A stretch of DNA of 64,000 nucleotides from Candidatus Binatia bacterium (GCA_963664395.2 OY761159.2:256001-320000), one strand, 5' to 3'. Positions 1 through 10,768 are shown, counted from the stretch's first letter. Notes: generated by a model from the sequence alone, not told the origin. A program made the numbers and translations.

Positions 1-2
1 GT

Positions 3-206
3 GCTTCCCGCCGGAGCATGGTCGGCTCAGGAGACCGCTCTGAACGCATCCGGACGTATAATTTCCCACAATCGCGTATGACGGACCATCGCATCAATAT
101 GACGCTCCACACGCTTGAGCGCGTTCTTGACGGCGAGATCGACCCCGTGGTGGATGCCCTCGTCTCTTCGCATCAAGCCGAAATGCTCAAGGTCGCAGCC
201 GGCTGA
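3..206 (+). CDS. prfA: Peptide chain release factor 1, 3' end (partial)
   Basis: [27 protein letters not shown]1 C-terminal motif; directly upstream of prmC. Confidence 0.95.
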   Translation, partial: ASRRSMVGSGDRSERIRTYNFPQSRMTDHRINMTLHTLERVLDGEIDPVVDALVSSHQAEMLKVAAG

Positions 207-232
207 ATCCAGCCCTACGGGTTTGCCACACG

Positions 233-1156
233 GTGAAGAACTCTCGTGCTTTCCATACACCAGCGCCCCCGCGTCTCCAGCCGTTCCGCGTTGATACGGT
301 TGCCCAGCTTGTGGCCTGGGCCGAAAGCGCACTCAGGACGTACGATATTGACACCCCCCGCTTGGACGCGGAAGTCATTCTGGCTCATACGCTGCAAGTA
401 AGCCGGTCGTGCCTGTACAGTCGGCTCCAAGATACTGTTTCCGCTTCTCAGAAAAATGACTTCCAGCAGTTCCTGGCCCGCCGTGCACGCCGCGAGCCGG
501 TTGCCTACATCACCGGCCAACAAGAATTCTGGTCGCTCGCATTCCAGGTCAGCCCCTGCGTTCTCATTCCACGTCCCGATACGGAGATCGTCGTTGAGAC
601 GGCTTTACGCCTGCTTGCATCGCCTCAGACAGCCGCACCACATATACTCGATATTGGGACAGGCAGCGGCTGCATTGCCGTTGCCCTCGCCACCGAATTG
701 CCGCACGCGACCATATGGGCGGCAGATAGGACACAAGAGATCCTGTCTCTTGCCCGCAGGAATGCCGACTCTCATCAGGTCAACCAACGCCTCACATTTT
801 ACTGTGGAGACATGCTCGCTCCTGTGACGCCTGGCCCACCGTTCTTCGACCTGATCGTGACCAATCCGCCGTATATCGCCCCGCAGGTGCTCGACACGCT
901 CGAGCCCGAGGTCCGGGAATGGGAGCCTCGGGCGGCCCTGGACGGCGGGGCGGACGGTCTCGATTTTTATCAGCGCCTGCTGTACGACAGTCCGGGCTAC
1001 CTACGACCCGGCGGCTGGCTCGTTGCGGAAATTGGAGAGGATCAAAAAGACGCAGTGTTGCAGTTAGGGCAAAAGAAGCACCATCTGCGTTTCCGAACGT
1101 GCAGGCAAGACTATGCCGGCCGGGATCGCGTCGTCGTCTTCCAGAAGGCAGCCTGA
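233..1156 (+). CDS. prmC: Release factor glutamine methyltransferase HemK/PrmC
   Basis: EPVAYITG, VLIPRPDTE, LDIGTGSG and NPPY motifs; start uncertain. Confidence 0.95.
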   Translation: MKNSRAFHTPAPPRLQPFRVDTVAQLVAWAESALRTYDIDTPRLDAEVILAHTLQVSRSCLYSRLQDTVSASQKNDFQQFLARRARREPVAYITGQQEFWSLAFQVSPCVLIPRPDTEIVVETALRLLASPQTAAPHILDIGTGSGCIAVALATELPHATIWAADRTQEILSLARRNADSHQVNQRLTFYCGDMLAPVTPGPPFFDLIVTNPPYIAPQVLDTLEPEVREWEPRAALDGGADGLDFYQRLLYDSPGYLRPGGWLVAEIGEDQKDAVLQLGQKKHHLRFRTCRQDYAGRDRVVVFQKAA

Positions 1157-1246
1157 ACTGAACAGCAGATATTGGGGAAATGGTAGGCCGGACTGTCATG
1201 CACTTCTCACAGACCTTGCACGGATATCGATAACGGATCTTTATCA

Positions 1247-2515
1247 ATGGACACCATTCTCATCCAAGGCGGTATTCCTCTTCAGGGTGAGGTCACGGTC
1301 AGCGGAGCAAAAAATGCCGCCTTACCGCTGCTCTTCGCCTCTCTTCTGACAGCAGAGGAATGCAGGCTGCACGGCGTACCGCGTCTGGTTGATGTTCGGA
1401 CAGCCCTCCGCTTGCTGAACGAACTCGGGGTGCAGACCGATTGGCTCAGTACTCACGAAGTGGTACTCAACGCCAAACGGGCAGGGCAATTTGAGGCGCC
1501 GTATGACTTGGTCAAGACCATGCGCGCCTCGTTTTTGGTGCTCGGGCCGCTGTTGGCGCGCTTTGGCAGAGCCCGTGTCTCAACCCCGGGCGGCTGTGCC
1601 ATTGGCGCCCGTCCGGTCAATATTCATTTGGCGGGCTTGCAGCAGCTCGGCGCAGCCATACGTATTCGGCAGGGCTATGTCGAAGCGCGGGCCGGCCGGC
1701 TGACGGGGGCGCGGATCACGCTCGATTTTCCCTCTGTCGGGGCGACAGAGAACCTCATGATGGCGGCCACCTTGGCCACAGGCACAACCGTCCTGGACAA
1801 TGCCGCTCGTGAGCCCGAAATTGAAGACTTGGCAGCCATGCTTATTTCTATGGGTGCCCGTATTCATGGGGCGGGGAGTCGGATAATCGTGATTGAGGGC
1901 GTTGAGGCGCTGCACGGCGTCAGCCACCACGTTATTCCTGATCGCGTCGAGGCCGGGACCTTTCTTATCGCCGGCGCGATCACGTCAGGCAACATTCTGG
2001 TCCGAGGGGCTCGCGCCGATCATCTCGCCAGTTTTTTGGATACCCTGCAACGCGCAGGAGTCACTATTGCCCACGAACCGGAAGGGATTCGGGTCCGGGG
2101 CAATGGTCGGCCGACCGGCGTCCAGCTCAACACCCAGCCCTACCCCGGTTTTCCAACCGACCTGCAAGCCCAGATGATGGCCCTGCTGACTCTCGGTGAG
2201 CAGCAGAGCAGCATCACCGAAACGATTTTCGAGAATCGCTTCATGCACGCACAAGAACTCGTCCGTTTAGGCGCAGACGTGTATGTCCAAGGCCACACCG
2301 CGACCATTCAGGGCGTTGCGTTTTTAAGCGGTGCGCCCGTCATGGCGACCGACTTGCGGGCCAGCGTGTCGCTGGTCCTGGCCGGACTGGCGGCCCGCGG
2401 CGAGACAGAGGTTTCCCGTATTTACCATCTTGATCGCGGCTATGAACACATAGAAGCCAAGCTGTCTCAGCTTGGGGCAAAAATCCAGCGTCAGGCAGGC
2501 CAGCCCGTCCAATGA
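1247..2515 (+). CDS. murA: UDP-N-acetylglucosamine 1-carboxyvinyltransferase
   Basis: [19 protein letters not shown] (active-site Cys), [18 protein letters not shown]. Confidence 0.98.
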   Translation: MDTILIQGGIPLQGEVTVSGAKNAALPLLFASLLTAEECRLHGVPRLVDVRTALRLLNELGVQTDWLSTHEVVLNAKRAGQFEAPYDLVKTMRASFLVLGPLLARFGRARVSTPGGCAIGARPVNIHLAGLQQLGAAIRIRQGYVEARAGRLTGARITLDFPSVGATENLMMAATLATGTTVLDNAAREPEIEDLAAMLISMGARIHGAGSRIIVIEGVEALHGVSHHVIPDRVEAGTFLIAGAITSGNILVRGARADHLASFLDTLQRAGVTIAHEPEGIRVRGNGRPTGVQLNTQPYPGFPTDLQAQMMALLTLGEQQSSITETIFENRFMHAQELVRLGADVYVQGHTATIQGVAFLSGAPVMATDLRASVSLVLAGLAARGETEVSRIYHLDRGYEHIEAKLSQLGAKIQRQAGQPVQ

Positions 2516-3852
2516 CACACACCGCAACGAAAGCTCCGGTTCCGCTGCTCGCCACGACAGACGCAGCCTGCCAGCGCCACCTCGCCAAGCTGCTGTCGCG
2601 TGGCGAGGACGCAAGTATACAGGTTGAAGCTGCGGTCCGCTCCATTCTGGATGACGTGCACAAGCGCGGTGACCGGGCACTCATCGCCCTCACCAAAAAA
2701 TTCGATCAGGTGTCACTCTCGTCTCACGAACTGGGCGCGACCCAGGACGAGATGGCGCAGGCGCTCAAGAGCCTCCCCGCACCAACCAGAAAGGCGCTCC
2801 GAACCGCGGCCCAACGTATCCGGCGCTTTCATCGCAAGCAGCGTCAGTCATCGTGGACGTACCGCGACGAGCTTGGGGTCACCCTGGGCCAAAAAATAGC
2901 GCCGCTTGAACGGGTCGGGGTGTATGTTCCCGGCGGCACCGCGGCCTATCCGTCTTCGGTGCTCATGAATGTGATCCCGGCCAAAGTTGCCGGGGTCAAA
3001 GAGGTCATCGTGGTCTCTCCGCCGTCTCCCGAAGGAGATAATCCCGCCCTGCTGGCTGCGGCTCGTATTGCGGGAGCGGACGCCTTTTTTCGGGTCGGCG
3101 GGGCGCAGGCTGTAGCCGCCCTGGCGTACGGCACCCAAACGATTCCGCGCGTCGATAAAATCGTCGGACCGGGCAATATTTATGTCGCCACAGCCAAACG
3201 GCTCGTCTTTGGACGGGTTGATATCGATATGATTGCCGGGCCGAGTGAGATTCTCGTTATCGCTGACCACACGGCCAAGCCCGACTATATTGCGGCCGAC
3301 ATGCTCTCCCAGGCGGAACATGACACCCTGGCCGCGCCGTTGTGTCTGACGACATCCCGACGAATGGGACAGGCAGTGATCCGGGAACTTAGCGAACAAC
3401 TCGCTCAGCTTCCCCGGCGCGCAATCGCGGCGGCCTCCTTACGTCGCTTCGGCGCGGTCATCATTGCTCGTAATCGTTCAGAGGTGGTGACGCTTGCCAA
3501 TGCGATCGCCCCCGAACATTTGGAACTTGCGGTCAAAAATCCACGGACCTGGATCAAAGATATTCACAACACCGGCGCGATATTTCTGGGGCATCTTTCG
3601 ACCGAACCGTTCGGCGATTATATGGCCGGTCCCAATCACGTTCTGCCCACGGGCGGCACCGCCCGGTTTTCCTCGCCACTCGGCGTCTACGACTTCCTGA
3701 AACGCACCAGTGTGATACAGGCTTCCTCTCGGGCCCTGTCTACCCTGGGTCCCGAAGTGGTGCGGCTCGCCAAACTTGAGGGACTTGAGGCGCACGCGCG
3801 GGCCGTGCAATATCGTTTAGACGGAGGCAGGCATGGCCGCACGCACAGCTGA
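2512..3852 (+). CDS. hisD: Histidinol dehydrogenase
   Basis: GVYVPGG, DMIAGPSE, SQAEH, APEHLE, GPNHVLPT; ATGA overlap with murA. Confidence 0.97.
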   Translation: MTHTATKAPVPLLATTDAACQRHLAKLLSRGEDASIQVEAAVRSILDDVHKRGDRALIALTKKFDQVSLSSHELGATQDEMAQALKSLPAPTRKALRTAAQRIRRFHRKQRQSSWTYRDELGVTLGQKIAPLERVGVYVPGGTAAYPSSVLMNVIPAKVAGVKEVIVVSPPSPEGDNPALLAAARIAGADAFFRVGGAQAVAALAYGTQTIPRVDKIVGPGNIYVATAKRLVFGRVDIDMIAGPSEILVIADHTAKPDYIAADMLSQAEHDTLAAPLCLTTSRRMGQAVIRELSEQLAQLPRRAIAAASLRRFGAVIIARNRSEVVTLANAIAPEHLELAVKNPRTWIKDIHNTGAIFLGHLSTEPFGDYMAGPNHVLPTGGTARFSSPLGVYDFLKRTSVIQASSRALSTLGPEVVRLAKLEGLEAHARAVQYRLDGGRHGRTHS

Positions 3853-4423
3853 CATACAGCGGAAGACCACTGAGACCGATATCCACCTGAGCATTCAAAT
3901 TGAAGGCGAAGGGAAGTACGAGGTATCGACCGGTGTCCCCTTTCTTGACCACATGCTGGAACTCTTTACCCGACACGGCTTCTTTAATCTCAGCGTGCAG
4001 GCCAGCGGTGATATTGCAGTAGACGATCACCATACGGTTGAAGATGTCGGTCTGGCGCTCGGCCAGGCGCTCCGAGAAGCCCTGGGCGACAAACACGGCA
4101 TCCGCCGCTTCGGCGCTGCCAGCGTGCCGCTTGATGAGGCGTTAGTCTCGTGCGTGGTTGACCTGAGCGGGCGGCCTTTTCTGGCCTACAATCTGGATAT
4201 TCGACAGGAACGGGTAGGAAATTTTTCGACGGAACTGATCCACGACTTTTTTCTGGCCTGCACGAATCAGGTCGGTATGAATCTGCACCTGAATATGACC
4301 CAGGGCCGCAACCCCCACCACATCATTGAGGCCGGCTTCAAAGCTTTTGCCCGTGCGCTGAGCAGCGCGGTTGAGCATGACCCACGGGTCACGGGCGTAT
4401 TGTCCACCAAGGGCACGCTCTAG
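3833..4423 (+). CDS. hisB: Imidazoleglycerol-phosphate dehydratase
   Basis: RKTTETDI, DDHHTVED, NPHHIIEA, STKG. Confidence 0.97.
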   Translation: MAARTADIQRKTTETDIHLSIQIEGEGKYEVSTGVPFLDHMLELFTRHGFFNLSVQASGDIAVDDHHTVEDVGLALGQALREALGDKHGIRRFGAASVPLDEALVSCVVDLSGRPFLAYNLDIRQERVGNFSTELIHDFFLACTNQVGMNLHLNMTQGRNPHHIIEAGFKAFARALSSAVEHDPRVTGVLSTKGTL

Positions 4424-4449
4424 GGGCCGGTTTGTACGGTCGTCCGGTC

Positions 4450-4737
4450 ATGAAGAAATCCGTCTCACGCCCCGCGTCTGCCAAAAAGAACACTTCACAC
4501 CGTACCGGGGGTGCCGCCGCCCGTCGCCGCCGCCCGTCGCCGCCGAAACGGGACGACAAGCTCTTCAAAGCCCTGCTCCTGAAATCCCTGGCAGCCTTTG
4601 AAGAGTCGTTCCGCCGTCAGTATCCGCACGAGTCCCGGGCGGATATTCTGGACCGAATGACTCGCCACCTGTCTGAGTTGACCCAGTTTGAGCACCGTCA
4701 CCCCAAGAGGTCGTACCGCTTTGGCCGACATCATTGA
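4450..4737 (+). CDS. Small basic hypothetical protein, possibly the partner of the downstream nucleotidyltransferase
   Basis: ATG at 4450; helical C-half; overlaps the NTase remnant. Confidence 0.5.
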   Translation: MKKSVSRPASAKKNTSHRTGGAAARRRRPSPPKRDDKLFKALLLKSLAAFEESFRRQYPHESRADILDRMTRHLSELTQFEHRHPKRSYRFGRHH

Positions 4738-4836
4738 CGAGACGTTCCGCCTGATTCAGCGGCTTTTTCGTCACGTCCGCATTCCCTACGCGATTATTGG
4801 TGGCTACGCCGCGGGCGTGTGGGGGGTTGAGCGAGC
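4688..4836 (+). pseudogene. 5' fragment of a nucleotidyltransferase
   Basis: IPYAIIGGYAAGVWGVERA is the NTase N-terminal motif; the expected T-x-D-I-D does not follow. Confidence 0.65.
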
Positions 4837-4991
4837 CGACAGAAGTTGCGCTGATCGGCGATGCTGCAACGGTGTCAGGAGAAATCAAAAGGCTCGAAGA
4901 CCTGGGCGTGACCAATTTGTGTGGCTATGCCTTTCAGGCCGACGCTGATGCATTCGAGCGGACGGTCGATTTTTTGGGTTCGCTGCCCTGA
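4830..4991 (+). pseudogene. 3' fragment of an LLM-class oxidoreductase
   Basis: EVALIGDAATVSGEIKRLEDLGVT...ERTVDFLGSL is a typical LLM C-terminus with no N-terminal part. Confidence 0.6.
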
Positions 4992-4995
4992 GGAC

Positions 4996-5097
4996 TAGAG
5001 CGTTTTACGATAAGCTCTAGCCGTGCAGGGGCTCCCGTCATGCCGGACGTGATCCGGCATCCAGCGGGCGGCTACACAGCATCGTGATTTGCTCTAG
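4996..5097. mobile_element. MITE-like element with CTAG ends, containing a REP-like hairpin
   Basis: Imperfect terminal inverted repeats CTAGAGCGTTTTACGAT / ATCGTGATTTGCTCTAG; internal GTCATGCCGGACGTGATCCGGCATCCAG. Confidence 0.55.
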
Positions 5098-5099
5098 CC

Positions 5100-5360
5100 C
5101 TAACTTTTACTGTATGACGCTCGAAGCGTTTCAAGTTTGACACTGCCATGAGGCTGAGTGCCGTCCCCCTGGATAACGACGACCTGTCCATCACCTATAA
5201 ACGGCTTGAGGCGATTCTCAATCAGCTGAGTGATACGCCAATTTCGATCTACGGCATGAGCGTACGTATACTCCCCAACTTGACTGTTTTCGGTAGCACG
5301 AATCACAATGCGGATGTTTTCCTTTTCCCAGACAGCCCTTTCAAAATCCCTTACCGTCAT
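5100..5360 (-). CDS. Hypothetical protein, 86 aa
   Basis: ATG 5360 after AGGAGAG RBS; protein-like sequence. Confidence 0.7.
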   Translation of the reverse strand: MTVRDFERAVWEKENIRIVIRATENSQVGEYTYAHAVDRNWRITQLIENRLKPFIGDGQVVVIQGDGTQPHGSVKLETLRASYSKS

Positions 5361-5391
5361 CGCATTTCTCTCCTTTCGTAGATGGGGCTGA

Positions 5392-6258
5392 TCAGCGCGC
5401 GAGCGTGGGCGACCAGTTATAGATGCGGGCGAGGCTGCCGCCCATGAGCGCGGCTCGCTCGGAGTCGGACAACTGGTCGGTGACCCGGAAGGCCTCGACA
5501 CCCTGCTCGTAGGTCAGCAACTCGACCGCCCGGGTCCAGTCCGTGCCCCACAGACAGCGCTCAAAGCCGTACGCCTCGAAGATCTGTCCCAGGGGCTCCC
5601 AAATGTCGGCGTAGGGGAATGGCTCGTGCGACAGGGTGCACGCCCCGGAAATCTTGATGGCCACATTGTCATGCTCGGCAAGGGCGATGACCTTGCCGAG
5701 ATCAGCAAAGGGCTCTGGCGGAGCAGGAGGCTCGAAGGGTTGCCGCAGACCCACGTGATCCACGACCATCTGGGTGTTCGGGTTCCGGCGCGCCAGTTCA
5801 CCCAACAGCGGCAGTTTTCCCCAACACAGCACGTTCACCGGCAGACCGTGCCGCGCGCCAGCCGCCAATATCCGATTCAGGCCCGGATCGTCGGCGGTCG
5901 GATCACCCATCAGCATGATGCGCGCCCCGACCACGCCCGGCCTTGCCGCCCATTCGGCAATCTCGTCTGCGACGGTTTCTATTCGGGGATCGAACGGCTT
6001 GATCAGACCGAACCGGCCGGGATGCCTGGCATATACTTCGAGCGCGTAGCTCGCGTCGAAGCGGTACATGGTCCACGGCGAGACCAACAGGGCTCCGTCG
6101 ACGCCAACGGCATCCATCGCTGCAACCATGTCGTCGCCCGTGACCTCGGATGGGCCGGGCAATGTCCTAATCCACGGCCGCTCCGGGTGGTCACGTTCAT
6201 AGGCATGGACCTGCGAGTCGATCGTCGGGGTCGGGCCAGTTTGCGAAGCGACCGCCAT
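5392..6258 (-). CDS. Amidohydrolase family 2 protein
   Basis: IDSQVH, VVDHVG, IKISG, WGTDW. Confidence 0.9.
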   Translation of the reverse strand: MAVASQTGPTPTIDSQVHAYERDHPERPWIRTLPGPSEVTGDDMVAAMDAVGVDGALLVSPWTMYRFDASYALEVYARHPGRFGLIKPFDPRIETVADEIAEWAARPGVVGARIMLMGDPTADDPGLNRILAAGARHGLPVNVLCWGKLPLLGELARRNPNTQMVVDHVGLRQPFEPPAPPEPFADLGKVIALAEHDNVAIKISGACTLSHEPFPYADIWEPLGQIFEAYGFERCLWGTDWTRAVELLTYEQGVEAFRVTDQLSDSERAALMGGSLARIYNWSPTLAR

Positions 6259-6269
6259 TCTTCTTGTTC

Positions 6270-7346
6270 CTACGCGTCTGCGAAGTGGGGCAGCACTTCT
6301 TCAACCAGCATGCGCTGTGAATTTTCCCAGGCTTCGTTGTTTTCCGACTGATCGAAGGTCAGGGCCAGCAGGCAACCGAAGCCGCCGGTTTGTTCGTACA
6401 TATCGCCCAGCTTTTGGGTCACGGTTTGTGGGGAGCCAACCAGCCACACATAGTCGGCCAGATACTCCAAGGTCACGTCGGAGTCCGGGACTTCGGGATG
6501 ATGCTTGAACAGGCTCATCATATCGAACGACTTGAAGAGCGGCAGCAGATACTCGCCCCACACCCGGCCCAGCATACCGTTCAGGGCTTGCTCGCGCGCC
6601 TCCCGGTCGGTCTCGGCAATATAGACCTCGCGCGAGATGCGCCAGTCACTCCGAGACGGCGTGACGCCGGACCGCTCGGCGCCTTCGACCACGGCCTGCC
6701 AATGGGTAGTGAGATAGCTATTGCTCAGCGCGATACTGAGGGGCAGGAAGCCGTTCTCGCCGGCGAACTTCAGCGTGTCCGAGCCGGGGGTGAGGCCGGC
6801 GATACCGATGGGCGGATGGGGTTTCTGAAAGGGTTTGAGGTGGAACTTGAGGCTGTCGAGCATGGTGTCAATCCGGTTGAACGACCAGAACTCGCCCTGA
6901 TATTCAAACGGCTCCTCGCTCTGCCACAGCCGGAGCATGATATTCAGCGCTTCCAGCGTCATGCGCCGATTTTCTCCGGCCGCACCGTCCACATTGAACA
7001 GTTTCCAGTCACTCGGCAGGCCGCTCGTGCCGACCCCCAGCATGAAACGGCCCTGGGCCATATGATCCAGAAAAGCCACCCGGTGGGCCAGCTCAACCGG
7101 ATGATGGTACGGCAGGAGATGAGCGCCGGGACAGAGTTTTATGCGCTGGGTGCGCAGGAGTGCCTGAGCAATGAGCAAATCCGGGGCGGGGTTGGGTTCC
7201 CACGGGGCGGTGAAATGCTCACCTATCCAGGCCTCGTGAAAGCCGACGCGATCGACAAATTCCAGGTGTTGCAGGTCCCACGCATGGCCCTCGTATAAAC
7301 CTCTTTCGGGTGGGTGTGAGGGCATCATAAAGACTCCGGCTTTCAT
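6270..7346 (-). CDS. LLM-class flavin-dependent oxidoreductase
   Basis: EAWIGEH, LLPYHHP, FLDHMAQGR, QKPHPPI. Confidence 0.92.
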   Translation of the reverse strand: MKAGVFMMPSHPPERGLYEGHAWDLQHLEFVDRVGFHEAWIGEHFTAPWEPNPAPDLLIAQALLRTQRIKLCPGAHLLPYHHPVELAHRVAFLDHMAQGRFMLGVGTSGLPSDWKLFNVDGAAGENRRMTLEALNIMLRLWQSEEPFEYQGEFWSFNRIDTMLDSLKFHLKPFQKPHPPIGIAGLTPGSDTLKFAGENGFLPLSIALSNSYLTTHWQAVVEGAERSGVTPSRSDWRISREVYIAETDREAREQALNGMLGRVWGEYLLPLFKSFDMMSLFKHHPEVPDSDVTLEYLADYVWLVGSPQTVTQKLGDMYEQTGGFGCLLALTFDQSENNEAWENSQRMLVEEVLPHFADA

Positions 7347-7556
7347 AGGCTTCCTCCTTCGGCTCCCGCTCCCGCAGGCTGGATGAACACCTATCGGTTT
7401 TCGCCCGAAGCCTCAAGGCCAGGACCACCCTTCCCTATTGAAAATCGCTGGACAACAAGCGCTTTTGTTTTAAGACAACAGAGAGATCCGGTTCCGGCCC
7501 AGGAGTGTGGACCTCGTACCCATCCCCCTACTCTGGCCCATTCTGCCTCGTCACCA

Positions 7557-10500
7557 CTAAGGCTCGACCGCCGTAATCACAAAGTTCTGACTGTTCTGTT
7601 GCCACTCCAGGGTCACCGTCTCCCCCACCGGGGGGAAGTCGGCCACCTCGCACGTGCCGGCGGCATCCCGCACAAACTCTTCCCCCAGCGTCGTCACGGT
7701 GACGGTGGCCCGCCCTAACTCGACGCCATCGACCAGGGCCACGACCGTATGCGCCCCCTCCCCCAACAGGTTCCAGTTGAACAACAACCCAAACCCGTTG
7801 GCCACGTCGCCACAGTCCGCTACGGTGTCCGCCCGCGGGGTACCGTAGGCCGCCGCCTGCGTCTCGCCGTCAATCGCAATCTCGACCGCATCCGCCTCGC
7901 ACACCCAGCCGGAGATGACGCCGATGCCGCTTTGGAAGGAATTGGCGCCCGGGTTCTCCAGATACCCCGTAGGTTCCTCCGACGACCCGCCACCGCTGCC
8001 GCCACTCCTGCCCTCAGCACCACCGCCACCGGTCCCACTACCATTGCCGCCACCATTGCCGCCGCCGTTGCCACCGTTGCCATTGCCACCATCGCCGCCC
8101 CCGTCCTCGATCATCGAAACGGATTCCGCTGCCGCTACGGTCGCCGTCGCCGCACTGACCCGCGTCTCTTCTGTCCCCCCCGCGTCGGTGAAGGTCACCC
8201 GTACCTGTACCTGCTTACCCACGTCGGCGACGGTCAGCGTGTAGGTCTCGTGCGGCGCCCCAGGAATGACACTCTCGGTGCTGCCCTCCACCCGCAGCCA
8301 CTGGTAGACGTAGAGGACGTTCGTGAGGCCGTCGGCATCCATAATCCCAGAGAGGTCCACCCTCAGCGTCTCCCCCACCCGCAGAATCCCGCTGACCGTG
8401 GGCTGCCCGGTCGCCGGCCTATTGGCGGGCGCAGTCGTCCCCGATCTGCTCCCTGACCACGACCCGTATATTTCGCCGCTCCTCGCCCGCACCTGTACCT
8501 CGTAGGTCGTGTTCGCCCGCAAGCCGGCAATGGTCGTGCGCGTGGTAAGTCCGCTATGCGTCCACTCCTGCCAGGAATCCATCGGGGCCTGCCGGTACCA
8601 CACGTCATAACCAGTGATTGGCGTCTCGTTGTCAGTCGGTGCCGTCCAACTCACGGCGAGCGTCGTTGGCCCCGCCGCCATCACCCTCGACGCGGACACT
8701 GACCCAGGAAACGCGTCGTCCTCTTCGACCTGGACTACTACCTGAGAACTCTCTACGTCGTCGTGGCCCCAGCTCGTCGCCCTATGCACGATAACCACTG
8801 GCGGGCCCGTCACGCTGTCCGCATCCTCCGCGGCCGACACCCCGAAGGTTTGCGGCACCATCCAGTTGTCTACCGTGAAGGTCACGCTGGCCGGCCGTAC
8901 CCAGACACCGGTTCCCGCCCAACCCGACGGCGTGAGGGTCACGTCGCCGTGCGGCTGCGACAACGGCACCGCCGTGTAAGTGGCGCGGTGTCCTTCCACC
9001 ACCGTCAGTGCGGGCGGCTCCAGCGCAACGTCCGGCGGCGGTGGCGAGGAAAGAAACTCCGGCAGGGGCTCAGTGCGTAGCGTCTCCCAGCCAGTGCGCA
9101 GGTCGCTGAGCCAGGATGGGACAGCCCCCAGCCGCAAGGCAAGCTGCGCCTCAAAGAGCGATTCGGGGGTCACCATCACGCCGTCGGATTCGAGAATGTC
9201 GAGGGTAGTGGTATCAAAGGAGGCTGGATTGCCGTGGAATCCGACGATAATGGGGAACAGAAATCGAAGGTAATTCCGCCAGAAATTATAGGACTTGTTC
9301 ATCCCGCCATGGTTGAAATTCCAAAACACCAGATGTCTGAGGTGGTGTGGCGTGCTGCGACCCCCCCCGCTGCCGTCCAGACGGCCGTTATTGACCCGGT
9401 CGTACAGCGTGGCATAGCTAGGCTTCGTCCGATGGATGTCAACAGCCTGTCCTGGACTCATGTCGAAACGATAGAACACGGTTCCGGTCGCGGCATGGCT
9501 GGGACCTATGCCGTGAAGATGGTTTGCCAGGTCTTCCGACAGCCCAACCCAGGTGCCGTAGTTACCTTCGCTTTTAATGGAATGGTGGCCTCTGTTTCCC
9601 GCTATAGTGACCTGGTACACAGATACGGCTGCGCTGCCGATTACTGTCAGTGCCCAATTGACATTGATGAGAGAGATGCGCCGCACCCAGGAATTGACGC
9701 ATTGTTCAAGCCGCAAAAGACTATAGCCCCCATCATGGCGGGCGTTTTTGTGATGGACAAATTCCTCCCAAAATGAGCCATGAAAGCTGATGTCCTCAAC
9801 ACCGACTTCCTCAAGGTGCTGATAGAAGCGCACCTTCCAGCCATAGTCATGATTGACCTTGGTATGCAGGGGTTCATTGAGGCGAATCCGATTGCCCTGA
9901 ATCTCGGCAATGCTGTGTCTTTCGTGTATGATAATTCCCTCTTCGAAAAGCACTTCCCACGAGCTGTCGCTGGGATTTGGTGAGCGCGGAGAAAGGAATT
10001 CATCAATCGCTTCCGTGCTGTTCATAGACAGTGTAATCCATTGGCCGACGCTCAACTCGGAAGCGTCAGCGACGGTGATCCAGAAGGTTTCTCGGGCCGC
10101 ACTGTCGGTAACGGACGTCGAGAGGCGGTTGCCTGCAGAATCAGGTCTGAATCTGAACATAAAGGGCGTTGAATACTTTTGATCGGGATTGGCTGGGGGC
10201 AGGTTATTGACCTGTCTGATGATCGTGCCGCCCGTTCGGCTGCCGCTGCCTCTGAGAACGATATGGCTGCCTCTGATGTAGATAGGTTTGTTAGGGTCCG
10301 TATCGGTATTGACGAGAAATTCTCCCGGCGGGAAGAAGACGATACCGCTGCCATTGGCCTCGGCAGCGGCGATGGCACGCCGGATGGCGCTCTGGTCGGA
10401 CTGGTCATCATTCGCGAGGGCACCATAGGTGGTGACATCGAACACGGGATGGGTGACATCGGGCACGGGCTTGCTGAAGTAGTGATAGCCCGCATAGGAG

Positions 10501-10661
10501 AAATCGGGCAGGACAGGTTCTGTCTGGTTCTGTTTGGCCGCGACGAACTGCTCCCAGGTATTTGAAACCACTCCCGTCTGGACTGTACTGGCCGTCAGGG
10601 AGGTGACGGGAGCCCAAAAGAGCAGGGAGAACACAGCGACACGTACTGTCTGCGCCACCAT
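7557..10661 (-). CDS. Secreted multidomain protein: DUF4955/pectate-lyase-like beta-helix, Calx-beta/Ig-like, FN3, Ig-like, Gly linker, conserved C-terminal domain
   Basis: Signal-like N-terminus MVAQTVRVAVFSLLFW; LPDFSYAGY, DVTTYGA, FFPPGEF; FN3 (VSWTAP...YEVQVRA); GNGG linker. Confidence 0.8.
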   Translation of the reverse strand: MVAQTVRVAVFSLLFWAPVTSLTASTVQTGVVSNTWEQFVAAKQNQTEPVLPDFSYAGYHYFSKPVPDVTHPVFDVTTYGALANDDQSDQSAIRRAIAAAEANGSGIVFFPPGEFLVNTDTDPNKPIYIRGSHIVLRGSGSRTGGTIIRQVNNLPPANPDQKYSTPFMFRFRPDSAGNRLSTSVTDSAARETFWITVADASELSVGQWITLSMNSTEAIDEFLSPRSPNPSDSSWEVLFEEGIIIHERHSIAEIQGNRIRLNEPLHTKVNHDYGWKVRFYQHLEEVGVEDISFHGSFWEEFVHHKNARHDGGYSLLRLEQCVNSWVRRISLINVNWALTVIGSAAVSVYQVTIAGNRGHHSIKSEGNYGTWVGLSEDLANHLHGIGPSHAATGTVFYRFDMSPGQAVDIHRTKPSYATLYDRVNNGRLDGSGGGRSTPHHLRHLVFWNFNHGGMNKSYNFWRNYLRFLFPIIVGFHGNPASFDTTTLDILESDGVMVTPESLFEAQLALRLGAVPSWLSDLRTGWETLRTEPLPEFLSSPPPPDVALEPPALTVVEGHRATYTAVPLSQPHGDVTLTPSGWAGTGVWVRPASVTFTVDNWMVPQTFGVSAAEDADSVTGPPVVIVHRATSWGHDDVESSQVVVQVEEDDAFPGSVSASRVMAAGPTTLAVSWTAPTDNETPITGYDVWYRQAPMDSWQEWTHSGLTTRTTIAGLRANTTYEVQVRARSGEIYGSWSGSRSGTTAPANRPATGQPTVSGILRVGETLRVDLSGIMDADGLTNVLYVYQWLRVEGSTESVIPGAPHETYTLTVADVGKQVQVRVTFTDAGGTEETRVSAATATVAAAESVSMIEDGGGDGGNGNGGNGGGNGGGNGSGTGGGGAEGRSGGSGGGSSEEPTGYLENPGANSFQSGIGVISGWVCEADAVEIAIDGETQAAAYGTPRADTVADCGDVANGFGLLFNWNLLGEGAHTVVALVDGVELGRATVTVTTLGEEFVRDAAGTCEVADFPPVGETVTLEWQQNSQNFVITAVEP

Positions 10662-10768
10662 AGTCAGGCTCCTCTTCGCCAGCAAGGATCGAGACGGGGC
10701 TGCACGGCAGCCATGGCCGCGCTCAAGGGGACCAAGTCTGAGAGCGGACCGGCAGGTGTCGGCCCGCC

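Noticed and set aside
6390-7298. 302-aa plus-strand ORF
   Set aside because: Antisense shadow of the LLM gene, with no motifs.
7980-8105. GCC/ACC-rich low-complexity tract
   Set aside because: Explained as the coding Gly/Asn linker.
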